From Octopus vulgaris (Eukaryota), in assembly GCA_951406725.2 (NCBI GenBank), contig OX597823.1, forward strand, positions 47,244,001 to 47,308,000: a DNA stretch of 64,000 bases, in the 5' to 3' direction. Below, in pieces: positions 12,131 to 27,216 of the stretch (its first letter is position 1; every line of letters starts with the position of its first letter). The notes below the pieces were generated by a model. It was not told where the DNA came from and made no database searches. It saw only the letters and a list, made by a program, of their open reading frames with translations. Made by a program: the position numbers and the translations under genes.

Positions 12131-12387
12131 TATATTATATGTAAAATATCTCCCATTAGTTGATTTCTTGTTTGAAGAATTTCTAGCTGAAAATATCTTA
12201 CGTGTACAATTTTGTAATTCCTATTAGCAAATGAAAAACGAGTAATAGCGAATAAATAATACCTAAAATTTTCACACTTTCCTGCTTTGATACATATACA
12301 TATCTACATACGTACGTACGTACATACATACATACATACATACATACATACATACATACATACATGCATACACACAAAATAGATTAT

Positions 12388-12551
12388 AGGCGCAGGAGTG
12401 GCTGTGTGGTAAGTAGCTTGCTTTCCAACCATATGGTTCTGGGTTCAATCCCACTGCGTGGCACCTTGGGCAAGTGTCTTTTACTATAGCCTTAGGCTGA
12501 CCAAAGCCTTGTGAATTGATTTGGTAGACGGAAACTGAAAAGAAGCCCGTC

Positions 12552-12609
<58 letters not shown>

Positions 12610-12610
12610 A

Positions 12611-12656
<46 letters not shown>

Positions 12657-12840
12657 TGTGACTGTGTTTGTCATCCAACATCGCTTGACAACCGATGGTT
12701 CGGCAAAAGACACCGATAGAATAAGTACTAGGCTTACAAAGAATAAGTCTTGTTGTCAATTTGCTCGACTAAAGACGGTGCTCCAGCATGGCCGCAGTCA
12801 AATGACTGAAACAAGAAAAAGAGTAAAAGAATAAAAGAAT
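12388..12840 (+). mobile_element. SINE family A, near full length
   Basis: AGGCGCAGGAGTGGCTGTGTGGTAAG head through to AAAAGAGTAAAAGAATAAAAGA tail, with internal (TA)n(TG)n. Confidence 0.9.
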
Positions 12841-13565
12841 ACATACATACATACATACATACATACATACATACATACATACATACATACATACATACAT
12901 ACATACATACGATAGGCTTCCAATAATGCTAGTATCAGCCAAATTTCAGTAAAGGCATTAATCAACACGGGGTTACAATACCAGAGACTTACTCAATGTG
13001 CTTCACTGAGGAACCGAACCAAGAACATCATGTTTACGGAAAGCGAACATTTTAACCGTACATCTATGCTTGCACCTGTATTATTGATATTTTTTATTTC
13101 TATTTCTTTTTATTCCTTTTTTCTTTTCTATTTTTTTCTTTAGAATCTACAGTTCGGTGGCACAACTGAGTACTGTAGGTTCGTGTCTGGCCTTAAAGAA
13201 TTTTCCCAGAGATGCAAATAAGGGATACAATATGACAGATTCAGAGTTGCTAATGCCTTACCAAACGAATCGTCCAATTAGAAGGTTAATAGATTAAAGC
13301 AGATTATGTCTCCAGTTTCGTTCCATAGTTAAGATTATTTACTTCTTAATGTTAAATGAAAATACAAAAAAACATGAGCATGCTGCGTGGCTTTGTGGTA
13401 AGAAGCTTGCTTTTTTCAACCACATGTTTTTCGGTTCAATCCTACTGTGTGGCATCAAGATCAAGTACCTTCTGTCGTAGGCCCGGTCCGACCCGACCGA
13501 ATCCTTGTGAGAGGATTTGCTGAACGGAAACTGAAAGAGGTTCGTTGTATGTATATATATATATT

Positions 13566-13968
13566 ACTCTTTTACTTGTTTCAGTCATTTGACTGCGGCC
13601 ATGCTGGAGCACCGCCTTTAATCGAGCAACTCGACCCCGGGACTTATTCTTTGTAAGCCCAGTACTTATACTATCGTTCTCTTTTTGCCGAACCGCTAAG
13701 TAACGGGGACATAAACACACCAGCATCGGTTGTCAAGCAATGCTAGGGGGACAAATACAGACACATATACACACACACACACACACATATATATACATAT
13801 ATATGACGGGCTTCTTTCAGTTTCCGTCTACCAAAATCCACCCACAAGGCTTTGGTCGGCCCGAGGCTATAGTAGAAGACACTTGCCCAAGGTGCCACGC
13901 AGTGGGACTGAACCCGGTACCATGTGGTTGATAAACAAGCTAATTACCACACAGCCACTCCTGCGCCT
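13566..13968 (-). mobile_element. SINE family A, full length, CpG-intact
   Basis: Reverse complement of the family A consensus from head to tail. Confidence 0.9.
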
Positions 13969-14129
13969 ATATACAACGAACCTCTTTCAGTTCCATTGTG
14001 TTTACGTATTTGTTTTGCAAGATTCCTAATGTGAAATCGTGTGTTGAACCAGATATTGTTATATTGGGGGAGGGTCATATTTTTTGTCAATTAAACACAC
14101 ACACACTATATACTTGGTCTTTATTTCAG

Positions 14130-14130
<1 letters not shown>

Positions 14131-14202
<72 letters not shown>

Positions 14203-14248
14203 GCTGCTGTTGTTGTTGTTATTGTTGTTATTATTATTATTATTATTG
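14131..14248. repeat. (ATT)n(GTT)n(ATT)n compound microsatellite
   Basis: Direct reading. Confidence 0.95.
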
Positions 14249-14360
14249 TGACCTCTTCAGTGGTTCTCCATCTCACGTGTCTCATTCCGTTCTCTTTAGT
14301 CCATTCTGACAGAACACACACACACACATATACATACAAACAAACATACATACATACGTT

Positions 14361-14415
<55 letters not shown>

Positions 14416-14832
14416 GGAGTGGCTGTGTGGTAAGTAGCTTGCCTACCAACCACATGGTTCCGGGTTCATTCCTACTGCGTGGCACCTTGGGCAAGTGTCT
14501 TCTACTATAGCTTCGGGGCCGACCAAAGCCTTGTGAGTGGATTTGGTAACGGGAACTGAAAGAAGCCCTTCATACATATGTATATACATATGTATATACA
14601 TATCTATGTGTGTATATGTTTGTGTCTGTTTGTCCCCCCACACACACCATCGCTTGACAACCGGTGCTGATGTGTTTACGTCCCCGTAACTTAGCGGTTC
14701 CGCAAAAAAGAACTGATAGAATAAGTACTAGGTTTACAAAGAATAAGCCCCGGGGTCGATTTGCTCGACTAAAGGCGGTGCTCCAGCATGGCCGCAGTCA
14801 AATGACTGAAACCAGTAAAAGAGTAAAAGAGA
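14416..14832 (+). mobile_element. SINE family A, near full length
   Basis: Head GGAGTGGCTGTGTGGTAAGTAGC through to tail GTAAAAGAGTAAAAGAG. Confidence 0.9.
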
Positions 14833-15313
14833 GTATATATATATATATATATAAAATAAATATAAGAGAGTGGTCACTACTCTCTTATATTTATTTTGTA
14901 AAAATATTATAATATATTATAAAATATTATAATAATCCAGGTTTCTCGGAGCACTAGGCCACTTGGTGTTGAATAGATATACTATTAAATTAGTATCTAA
15001 TTCTCTCACCCTTATTAATTAATTATATATATATATATATATATAACACATGTATGTATGTATGTATGTATGTATGTATGTATGTATGTATGTATGTATG
15101 TATGTATGTATGTATATATGTATGTACAACGGCCTTCCCCGCAGTTTCTTTGAAGTACATTAATTCACTCACATAGAATTTGGCTTGGTGGGGGCTATCG
15201 CAGAAGTCACTTGCCCAAAATGCTGCGTGCACTATAGGACTGAACTTGAAGTCATCATGTGTATAACGGACTTCTTAAACATACAAGCAAGCCTGCACCT
15301 ATATTACACAAAT

Positions 15314-15351
<38 letters not shown>

Positions 15352-15697
15352 GAGCGTATGTATGCATGGACGTAGGTGTATTTTACATCCATCTATTCAC
15401 ATGCAAGTGTACAAACACATAGAAACATATACATACGTACATGATATATAATGTTCGATAACTGATATCAGCAGCTGATTTTCATTTAAATTACGTGAAA
15501 CTATTTTCTTTCTTGTTTTCACTTTATTTTCTTCCTTTCCTTCTTTCATTTATTTATTCGTTTCTTTCTTGGTTCTTCCACTTCTTTATAAAAGCAGACA
15601 GGATTAATGTGTTTCATTGCCACTCACTACCCCGCTTGCATTCTCTTTAAGCAACAGTTGAAAGTTGAAATTATTTATCTACTTGGTGGGGTGTATA

Positions 15698-15743
<46 letters not shown>

Positions 15744-15899
15744 TAGAGAGAGAGAAAGAGACCCACAATAATCAAACCCAGATCACAGGATCAGCTTCGA
15801 AACCCAGAAATTATACCATTAATATCCAGGAAAAACGATGCCCACCTGCAAAAACTAAATAAGTAAATATATAACCGAAAATATAATAAAAATAACATT

Positions 15900-15907
<8 letters not shown>

Positions 15908-15973
<66 letters not shown>

Positions 15974-16264
15974 CTGATTGAGATCCCCGAGTTTTAGATG
16001 AAAGGATTCTGTCGAAGAACGAGACGGCACGACCAAAGGCTGCAACGTTTCAAAAAATTTTTATTTTGTAATAAATAACAGAGAATTTATTGATTTTTTT
16101 CGAACATAAAATCGATAACTTTCAACAAAAAGGAATACATCTCTTAAAATGTTTGTACGAAGTCAGTGAAAGACACGGAGTGGAACAGACTTAAGTGTGT
16201 GGTTGAATGTGCATGTGTGTGTGTGCATGTGTGTGTATGCATGTGCATGTATGTGTGAGTGTAC

Positions 16265-16304
<40 letters not shown>

Positions 16305-16380
16305 CTGTGAAGAAATGTATGTATGTATGTATGTATGTATGTATGTATGCATTTTTTTAAATAGGTTAGGGTGTGTAAAA

Positions 16381-16412
<32 letters not shown>

Positions 16413-16592
16413 TTGTGTCTGAATATGTGTTAGTGTTGTCTGTGTGTGTATGCGCGCGCGAAAAAGAGATAAATTGTTTAGACAGAGAGAAGAAAAATTA
16501 AGAAATAAATGTGAGAGAAGTAATGAAAAGAGAGAGAAAAAAAAAAGACGTGGTATAAAGATAGTAGATTTAAAAGAGAATGAAATATTGCC

Positions 16593-16623
<31 letters not shown>

Positions 16624-16872
16624 AAGACAGACAGACAGGCATAGACAGAGAGAGGGAGGGGCAGAGGGAGACAGAGAGGAGGGGGCGAAAACAGATAGAC
16701 AGACAGACAGACAGAGAAAAGGAGGGGGAAATGAGAGCGGATTGAATATTTAAAAAAGCTGAAATACAGGTGTAGAAAAGGAGTGATTGAAAAATAAAAC
16801 AAATGGCTTTGGTGAGAGGGAAGGAGAAAGAGACAGTAAAAGACAAAGGCAAATGAAGAAATTCACAGAGAA

Positions 16873-16905
<33 letters not shown>

Positions 16906-17306
16906 ATGTGTGTGTGTGTGTGTGTGTGTGTAGGAAGAAAGTATAAGAGACAAGGAGAGAAAGAGAGAGGCAAAGAAAATGTGTCTAAGAAATGAGAGTG
17001 AGGGGGAGTGAATAGGAGATTAGAAGACATTAAAAAAAGAGAAAGGCAGTGAGGGAGTGACGGAGTAAGACATTTGAAGTGAATGAATTAAAATCCAGAT
17101 GAATGTCACAGAGAGAGAGGGAGACAGACAGACAGAGACAGAAAGAGAGAGGGTGAGTGAGAGGGAGAGAGAGAGAGAGTGAATAAAAGAAATACTTTCA
17201 CTGAGAGAGGGAAAGAGTAAAATTGTTAAAAAAAAGAGTGAGACAGAAAGAGAGTGTGCGTGTGTGAATGTGTGAAGATGAAATGAGAGAATACGAAAGA
17301 TAACAT

Positions 17307-17338
<32 letters not shown>

Positions 17339-17490
17339 AAGAAAAACAGAGAGACAGAGGGAGACAGGTAGAGAGAGGAAAAGCGAGAGAGAGAGAGAGA
17401 GGGGAAGGGAGAGAAAGTCAGAGGGAGACAAAGAGAATGAAATGAGGGTGAGATAGTGAGAAGGGAGAATAAATGAAGGCAAGAAGCTGT
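15908..17490. repeat. Purine-rich (GA)n/(GACA)n low-complexity region with interspersed (TG)n
   Basis: Long (GA)n tract at 15908-15968 and many degenerate GA tracts after it. Confidence 0.8.
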
Positions 17491-18628
17491 CTGGAATCAC
17501 TAGTTGACATGAGTGGGTGATAGAGAAAGGGATAATATATAATGACTGGAGAAAGAAGTGAAATATAAAATAATAAAATAAAATAGAAAAAAAAACTATG
17601 TTAACTTCAAAGGTGGGATGTTATCATGGCGGGGGGAACGTCTGCATGTATATGTGTGTCAATGTGTCTGTGTGCGTGTTTCAGTGTATGCGCTATGTCG
17701 GTCTATATGTTTCAGTCTATCTGTGTCTTCATATGAATTGCGTCTCTCTCTCTCTCTCTGTCTATATGGCTACATGCGTCTGCATTTGAATGCCTCTCTT
17801 TCTTTCTCCCCCTCTGTCTCTCTCCATATATATATATATATATGTGTGAGTATGTGTGTGTGTGTGTGTTATGTATACGTAGACATGTATGTGTGTATGT
17901 ACACACACACACACACATAAGCATCCTTATAACCGTACACATTAGACCATAACCATTCACGCTCATATACATGTCTATGTGAATGTTTGTGTCTGCGTTT
18001 GGGGATACGTGTACATGTACGTGTGTGTAATATGTGTGTGTGTGTGTGTGTGTGTTTGTGATTCTGTGTGTGTATGTGTGCGCGCTACGTGTGTGTGTGT
18101 GTATGTGTGTGTTTGGGTGTGAGAATGTGTCGATTTGAATCTATATATCCGTGTGAGCATGTGAAAAAAGATGGTTTGCTGCTTGTATTGGGTGTGTACA
18201 CATGTGTGTGTGTGCGCGCGCGTGGGTGGGTGTGTTTGTATATTTAAAATGGATCTCAGTCGGTTTAGACGACGAATATTTTAGTTTATCGATCAACTGA
18301 ATTACCCACTTATTGAACTAATATGTCGTCGTCGGAGGCCTGTATTCCGCAGTCACTTGTTGCATTAACCTAATCCTCGGGTGAAATTAATGTACCATTG
18401 AGTGTTGACAAGGTTTCTGCCCTGACTTACTAGAACATTCATTCGGATGTATTTCCCGTCTCTGTCGCTCTTATAAATTTCACTTAGACTCTTTTTCAAA
18501 ATGTCATGCAGTCAGTTTGATCCCTGGCACTTCATGACTGTGAAGCGAGCTTCTTAACCACTAAATCGTATTTGCGTGTATGAGTGTGGCTTATATGTGT
18601 ATGTTGGGTGTGGGTTTATGTCTAACAC

Positions 18629-19194
18629 TTGGGTTGTCCGGAAAGTTCGTGCCGATTTTTAAAGGAAAGAAAAAGGTCAATAAATACGTGCCATTACATT
18701 TTTAATCAACCAAATATGAACCATTTTGTTGCACAATGCATCTCCATCTTTCCATTGACTTCAAAATACCCTCTTCCCAGAACTGAGGTGGTTTCATGGC
18801 AAAGAATTCATCAAGGTATCTTTTTACGTCATCCAAGGAATTGAAATTTTTACCATTAAGACTATTCTGCCGAGACCTGAATAAGTGGAAATCCGAAGGA
18901 GCAATATCTGGTGAATATGGAGGGTGGAGTAACACATCCCAGCCGGGCTGCAGCAATTTTTGTCTGGTTCCCAAAGCATCAAGTGCCGAAAATGAACTTT
19001 CTTATCTTCCATTTTAAAGGGTTACTGAATTAACACAGGTTATAGGAACATAAATCTTCTTCCACGAAAAGATAGCTTAAACTGTGCTCTAAATGGAGGT
19101 GTAGTAAAATCCTATTTTATGGATACAATCATGTTCTAAAATAAGTCGAAATGTAAGCTACTATAAATCGGTACGAACATTCCGGACAACCCAA
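18629..19194 (-). mobile_element. Second copy of the internally deleted mariner (566 bp)
   Basis: Same TIRs as 1305-1868. The minus strand gives MEDKKVHFRHLMLWE and KLLQPGWDVLLHPPYSPDIAPSDFHLFRS...WRCIVQQNGSYLVD, with an identical deletion junction. Confidence 0.93.
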
Positions 19195-19520
19195 TACATA
19201 GGTATGTATATATGTATGTATGTATGTATGAACGTGCGAACGTATGTATGTATGTATGTATGTATGTATGTATGTATGTATGTATGTATGTATGTATGTA
19301 TGTATGTATGTATGCGTCATTTGCTTGTTTCAGTCATAGCGTACTTTGAGTGTGACGCCCAGAGCAGGCTTTCCGTTTGCTGCCCCCGGACCCCACAAAA
19401 GCCATACTGCCTACGGCATTAGCCCAAAGCAACAGCCTACAGCATGATGAAAGGTGCCGCCCCTTTAAAAGTGTCGCCCAGGGCGTACCCCACCCCACAC
19501 CAGGCACGCTAGTGACTGGA

Positions 19521-19853
19521 CCAATGATTCTCAACCATTTTTTTTTTACCTATGGAATCCTTTGGTTACTACTTACTATGGTGGACCCCCAATCGCCATT
19601 TAATGCTTACAAACTAATTTTATAGACACTTCTTTCAAAATTCTTATTTTGTATTTCACAAATTAACTTATGTAGGCTAGATTATGTACAATAAAGAAAG
19701 AAACCTAGTAAATAAATGGATCTATAGCAAAATTTCTTCATGGTCTCTTAAAATAATACTGAGGACCTAATTTTGCTGCTTTGCTCATGTGGACCCCCAA
19801 AATCTTAGATGAACGCCCCCGGGGGGTCATATGGAGCCCGGTTGAGAACCACT
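19521..19853. mobile_element. hAT-like MITE
   Basis: Ends CAATGATTCTCAACC / GGTTGAGAACCACT resemble CAGTGGTTCTCAACC-type hAT TIRs, with internal GGACCCC motifs and flanking CTAGA. Relatives at about 22440-22710, 55163-55443 and 55566-56042. Confidence 0.7.
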
Positions 19854-21388
19854 ACACTAGACTGTAATCATGCTGGGATTTATTCGAACAAATCTACCCC
19901 AGTACTTATTCTATCAGTCTCCTTTTGTCGCACCGCTCTGCTACGAGGACGTATACATAACAACACCAGCTGTCGAGCGGTGTTGAGTGACAAACACACA
20001 CACACACATACACACACACGTACACGCATATCTGACGGGGTTCTTCCAGTTTCTGCCAACCAAATCCACTCATAACTCTTTGGTCGGCCGGAGGCTATTA
20101 TAAAAGACACTCGCACGGGGTGCCACGCAGTAAGACTGAACTCAAGACCACATCGCTAGATAGCAGGCCACACCTCCACCCATGCACTTTTGTACGTCCT
20201 CTTCTATTTTTAATTATTTGAAGTTTCCCCCAAGGAAAGTGCTACTTTTCAAACAAAGATAGAAAGCAGCATCTATGGAATGTACATAAAAACTAACTCG
20301 CTTGAGAAAAGTTTTGCACATTTTTACCGTTCCGCTTACAGAATGTATTTATAATGCGCGTCACAGCAGATGAATGTACTCATGTATGTACGACTTATTT
20401 ATTTATTTATTTATTTAGCTACTTTATTTATTAATTAGAAATATTCCTGGAATGAAGGAGCAGGTTTCTCCCCAAGAAACAGAAGCTCCATCGCTGGTAC
20501 TTGGATAACAATAATAATTGTTATGCTGAACTTCTGGAAAATCTTTCATAATTTTAATGTTCCACTTACAGACTATATTTGTTATGTGTTAGCCAGTCTC
20601 TTTCTTAGCTTCATAATTCTTTTCCAAATTGTCACCCAGACATTTATTAAAAATGACCGAGTGTACCTAACTATTGGGGGAAAATTTGAACTTAAAATCA
20701 GGGCAGAGAAGCTACTGGAACACAAGTAGTTGTCCATAGATATTTTGTTTCCTGCTGATTTTGGGGGAGGGGTTTCATATCTGCTGAGCAGTATTTATAT
20801 GTGTAATTGGATACGGACATTGCTGAGCGGTTAAGAAGTTCCCTTTGCTATCGTTAAGTTCCAGTTTCTATTCCATTACTTGGCATCTTGAACAAGGGTC
20901 TTTTACCATCGGGTTCATCCAAGCCTTATAAGGGAAAGTGGGCTGTCGAAATTGTGGGAAAACCAACGCTTAAATTTCACTTGTTCCGTTCGGTCTGAGT
21001 ATTTCATTAAGGAGTAACAACTGTCTGAGCAATACTCAGCTATTTATATTATACATAATTCATTGAATAAGCAGCTCAATTGATTAGAAATATGTAATAC
21101 TCATCGCCGCAAATAAAAGGACCGATTTAGTTTATTTTTGTATGAAAATACAGCGCCGTATGTATGTGTGTGTATGTATGTATGTATGTATGTATGTATG
21201 TATGTATGTATGTATGTATGTATGTATGTATGTATGTATGTATGTATGTATGAATGTATGTGGACGCATTTGTGGTTGCAGTATATGTATGTGCATTTGG
21301 AAATGTGTGTATTTGTGCATATAAATATATAAATGATTTATGTATGTCTTACTATATTAAATTATTTGTATGTATGTATGTATGTATG

Positions 21389-21420
<32 letters not shown>

Positions 21421-21605
21421 TGTATGTATGTATGTATGTATGTATGTACACACACATTTTCTACTTTTCAAGAGCGCGTAATTTGTATTTTCATGCTTCT
21501 ATGTACTCGAATGTGTGAGCGTGTATGAATATAATCGTAATAGTGTTTTAGTATGTATATATAATTTTACGTTAGTATGTATATATAATTTGTGTGTGTA
21601 TTCGT

Positions 21606-21645
<40 letters not shown>

Positions 21646-22282
21646 ATTTGTTTCCATCTGCATATACCAGTGTGTGAAAGAGCGACTTGATGAGTTCCGT
21701 TAGAAATATATAGATGTGTAAATCCGGCCAGTGTGTTTAGTATCCATGAATTTGATTGTGTTTCAATGTTACGTGTGTGTATATATTAGTGGTTGGTGTG
21801 TTAAAATTTATATGTACATGTGTGTGTGTGTGTGTGTGTGTGCTTGTGTGTGTTTGTATGTGCTGGAGTATATGAGAGTATCTATAATCATGTCATATAC
21901 AGTAAATTTAGATATCGATTTACATGTATGCATATGTAGGTGTATATATGTATATTTGCGTAGTCTATGCGTGTATGTATATATATATATATATACGTAT
22001 ATATATATATGTATGTTATGTACGTATGTGCGTGTGAGCGTGTATTCATGTATGCAGTTATGCATATATGTTTGTATGTATGTTTGCATGTGTGTGTGTT
22101 TACATGTATACATTTGTATAAGTATGTACGTACGTACATATGTATGTATGAATGTATGTATGTATGTATGTATGTGTGTGTATGTGAATATGTATGTATA
22201 TGCGTATGTGAATGTGTATGTATATCTATGTCTATGTATATATGAATATATGCATGCATGTATGAATGAATGGATGTATGTT

Positions 22283-22338
<56 letters not shown>

Positions 22339-23185
22339 TATATGTGTGTGTATATGTATGAATGTGTATGCATGCACGCGTGTGTGAGTATACATGGACG
22401 CAGGTATGACCGAATGAGAGTTTTAGGGATTCACTATTCAATGTGTTCCAAGTTTCTATCCTACCAGAGGTCCATATTTTTCACATATAGAAACCCTTTG
22501 ATTACCTTTTTACTCAAATGGACTCTTAGCCATTCGATATTCAATAAATCCTATTGTATTTTTGTAATTAAATATTATTCAAAACTGCATTAAAAATGTT
22601 AAAATATTCTGTATATTGTAAAAGTATAACCGATTTATTATAGATAAATTTTAACAACGATACCTTCCATGGACACCCAAGGTTCATATGGACACCGGTT
22701 GGGAACCTTACCTTAGATTTCTGTCAACCCAAGCTTTATTAGGGGTATTGGGTACATATTATTTAAAAGCCCGGCCTATTCTTTTGGTCGCGAGTAAGGG
22801 GTAAGTCGATACCTAGGTGTAGTTGTAAAAGGGTGTGAAATCCTATATAAGAATTACCTAAAAGGATCAAACGGACAAGTGTCTGTGGGGTACGTATATA
22901 ATTCGATGGGTGGGTACCTGGAAATCATCGTAGATGTACGTTTTATGTATGTATGTATGTATGTATGTATGTATGTATGTATGTATAACCATGTATGTAT
23001 GTATGTATGTATGTATGTATGTATGTATGTATGTATGTTATGTATGCCTATATATATGATTATGCATCTAATTTATGTATATATGTGTATGCGTGAATGT
23101 GTTATATATGTCTATGTATGTATGTGCATCAATATGTGTATAACCGATTTATTATAGATTTATACGTATATATATATATATGTGT

Positions 23186-23222
<37 letters not shown>

Positions 23223-23223
<1 letters not shown>

Positions 23224-23558
23224 TGAAGACGCGTGGTTCAGTTATCAGAGGTATACAGCTCACGATTATAGGGTCTTGAGTTCGGTTCCTGGTGGTGCGT
23301 TGTGTGCTTGGGCAAGACACTTTATTTCTCGTAGCTCCTGCTCACTCAGCGGTCCCAAAATGAATGGTACCTACCTTTCAAAGGGCCAGCCTTGTCACAT
23401 TCTATATCATGCTGAATATTTCCCCCCCCCCGGGAACTTACATTAGAGGTACGTGCGCCTCTATAAAAGTTACTGCCATTTGCTCCTTAATTTCATGAGC
23501 AGGCTGTTCCCTTGATCAGATTAACTGGAACACTCGTCAGCGCAACCGACGGAATACC
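23223..23558 (+). mobile_element. SINE family C, diverged full-length copy (tRNA-like head plus CORE-like segment)
   Basis: GTGAAGACGCGTGG head, B-box-like GAGTTCGGTTCC, CTTGGGCAAGACACTTT, and a 3' region similar to 9450-9585. Confidence 0.7.
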
Positions 23559-24080
23559 TAACTTATGCGATGTATTTATGTCTATATATGTATATATATA
23601 TGTATAGAAATGTATGTATGTATGTATGTATGTATGTATGTATGTATGTATGTATCCATTTTATGTATGTATGCATATATAGATATACACATGTGTGTTT
23701 GCATGTGCATGTCTCTATGCGTATGTATATATGTGTCCATGTTTGTATGTCTATAATCTGATGTATGTTCGTCTGTATTATATGAGAATTATATTCGTCT
23801 TGATATATTTATGCATATATAGCGTTTACAACGGTAATGTGGACGGACATCAGTGGTATACGACTAGCGGAACAAATGATTATGAATAAGAAAAAAAAAA
23901 CAGGACGGTATCCATGTCTTCTGTCAAACTGATGAGCCCAGATCAGCCCCCGACTGAGCACACATATGTTCAAAGACTTCAGAATTATTGTGATCGACTG
24001 GTAGTTGTGAAAAAATTTGGCTGCTATTTCTAACTGACCGAGACAGCAGATATAACCATCCGTCTTGGTTAGTCTCTTAC

Positions 24081-24181
<101 letters not shown>

Positions 24182-24567
24182 CACGCAAACACATATATAT
24201 AAACTCGCACACATACACGAAGGGACATTAATATATAACTAATATGTAACACTTATAATTATGTGTGTATATATATACATACAAACACACACACACACAC
24301 ACATATATATGAATGAGTGTTTACATATATATAATTATATATACACAGCCACGCACACACACATATAAATGAATATATATGCGTGTTAAATGTCTAGACG
24401 CGAATTTTGGGCCACCTTGTATACACATTCATATATATGTATAATTACATACATATGTATATGTATGTATATATATTATATAGCATATACATGTGTGTGC
24501 ATATATGTTTATATAATGTATAAAAATGTGACGTAATTCACGTCCGACTTTATACATGATATATACG

Positions 24568-24680
<113 letters not shown>

Positions 24681-24815
24681 ATATATATATATACATACAT
24701 ACATATATATATATGTAAATATATATATACATATATACATATATATATGTATATATATATTATATATATTTATATATATATAGAGAGAGAGAGGGGGAGA
24801 CAGAGATACAGGTAG

Positions 24816-24861
<46 letters not shown>

Positions 24862-25026
24862 ATCCATCCATATAGTGTTAACTCTCACAAAATACAAGAG
24901 TACTCAATACCATAGGAATTAATGTATTTTATTGTGGTAGAATCAGACACTTGTTGTTCTGAGTTCAACTTGTGGCTATACTTAGGTCTCCAGGCATGTC
25001 GTAACTTGTCGGATACACCCACAGAC

Positions 25027-25078
<52 letters not shown>

Positions 25079-25818
25079 ATGTGTGTGTGTGTGTGTGTAT
25101 GTATATATATATATGCATATATATGTATATATATACACATATATACATACATATATATACATACACACACACATATATATATATATGTATATATATACGT
25201 ATATATAAATATATATGCATACATACACACACACACACATATATATATAGACCTTTTGCATAAACTTTTTACTTGTCTCAGTCATTGGACTGCGGCCATA
25301 ATACAGTTCCACTTTGAATAATTTTTAGTCGAATGAAACGACTACAGTACTTCTTTATGTAAATCGTGGTACTTTTTGTATCCTTATCTTTTTGCCGAAC
25401 TGCTAAGTTACCGCAAAGTAAACACACCAGCACGTGCAATTGGCTGAGGATTCCATACACGAACCTTTAGCATAGTTATCTGGGAGATTCAGCCTAATAC
25501 AAAATGTGTCAAGGCTGGCTCTTTGAAATACAGTTACAACTCATTTTTCACAGCTGAGTGAACTGGAGCAACTCAAGGACAAAAAGCGCTGTTGGTAATC
25601 GAACTCACGACCCTACGACTAAGCCAAGCATATATATATATATATATCAACGAGGGGCTTCTTTCAGTTTCCATTTACCAGATCTACTCACAAGGCTTTT
25701 GTTGACCCGAGGTAATAGCGGAAGACGGCTCAAGTTGCCATCATGCAGCGGGACTGAACTCGGAGCCATGAGGTTGGGTAGCATGCTTGTTATCACACAG
25801 CCACACCTGCACCTACAT

Positions 25819-25871
<53 letters not shown>

Positions 25872-26162
25872 TTGGTTAGAAAAGTTCAACCCTTCTCTTT
25901 ATGTATTTTTGTTGAATCGGGGCCCCGGAGCTGCCCAAATAACTCCTCTCTGCACGCCATCAAAAGTCAGTATCTTCATCTCTCTATATCCTGTCTGTCA
26001 TGGCCGGGTACTTCATTTTAACGACCGCAGCAATGTGATATTCAACATCTACTTCAGTGCGACTTGAACTTGGTCTCTGAAGGACCGACGAAGCAAGTAC
26101 CACAATTTGTGCTGTTTTCTCAAAAAATGCAACAATCAACTTCATTCATATAAATACATACA

Positions 26163-26277
<115 letters not shown>

Positions 26278-26289
26278 AGGCGTGCCAGG

Positions 26290-26485
26290 ATACGAAGCTT
26301 GCTTCTCAACCACATGGTTCCGGGTTCAGTCCCACTACCTGATACCTTAGGCTGGTATCTTCTAGTATAGCCTCGGGCCGACCAAAGCCTTGTGAGTGGA
26401 TTTGGTAGACGGAAATTAAAAGAAGTCAGTCTTATATACAAATGAATAAATAAATAATTAGATAAATAAATAAATAAATAAATAA

Positions 26486-26560
<75 letters not shown>

Positions 26561-26790
26561 TGTATGTATGTATTTATGTGTGTGTGTGTCTGTGTTTGTA
26601 CCCCGTCGTTGTTTGACAACTGATGCTGATGTGTTTATGTACTCGTAACTTAGCGGTTCGGCAAAAACTTCCGAGAGAATAAGTACTAAGTTTACAAAAA
26701 GTAAGAAATAGAGTCGATTTTTTTTTTTTCGAATAAAAACCATTTAAGGCGGTGCTCCAGCGTGGCCGCAGTCAAATGACTGAAAGAAGT
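26290..26790 (+). mobile_element. SINE family A copy with expanded internal (TAAA)n(TA)n
   Basis: Family A 5' and 3' halves separated by about 150 bp of microsatellite. Confidence 0.85.
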
Positions 26791-27055
26791 ATTTAAAAAT
26801 ATAACAGATAAAAGATAAAGAATATATATATATATATAGTCTTTATGTTTTTGTTGTTTTTGGTTTCAGAATGCGGCCAGGCTGGAGGTACTACTTGGAA
26901 TGATTTACTCGAATAAACCAACCCCACAAATTATTTTCAGTCCCGGTATTTATTTTATCTGTCTGTTTTTCGGCGGACCGCTAGGCGGGTATGGGGGTCA
27001 CACACAAACACAAGCAGAAAAATACACACACACACACACACATTTATTTATGCAC

Positions 27056-27114
<59 letters not shown>

Positions 27115-27183
27115 TACACACACACATATATGTATGTATATACACACACATATATGTATGTATGTATGTGTGTGTGTGTATAG

Positions 27184-27216
<33 letters not shown>

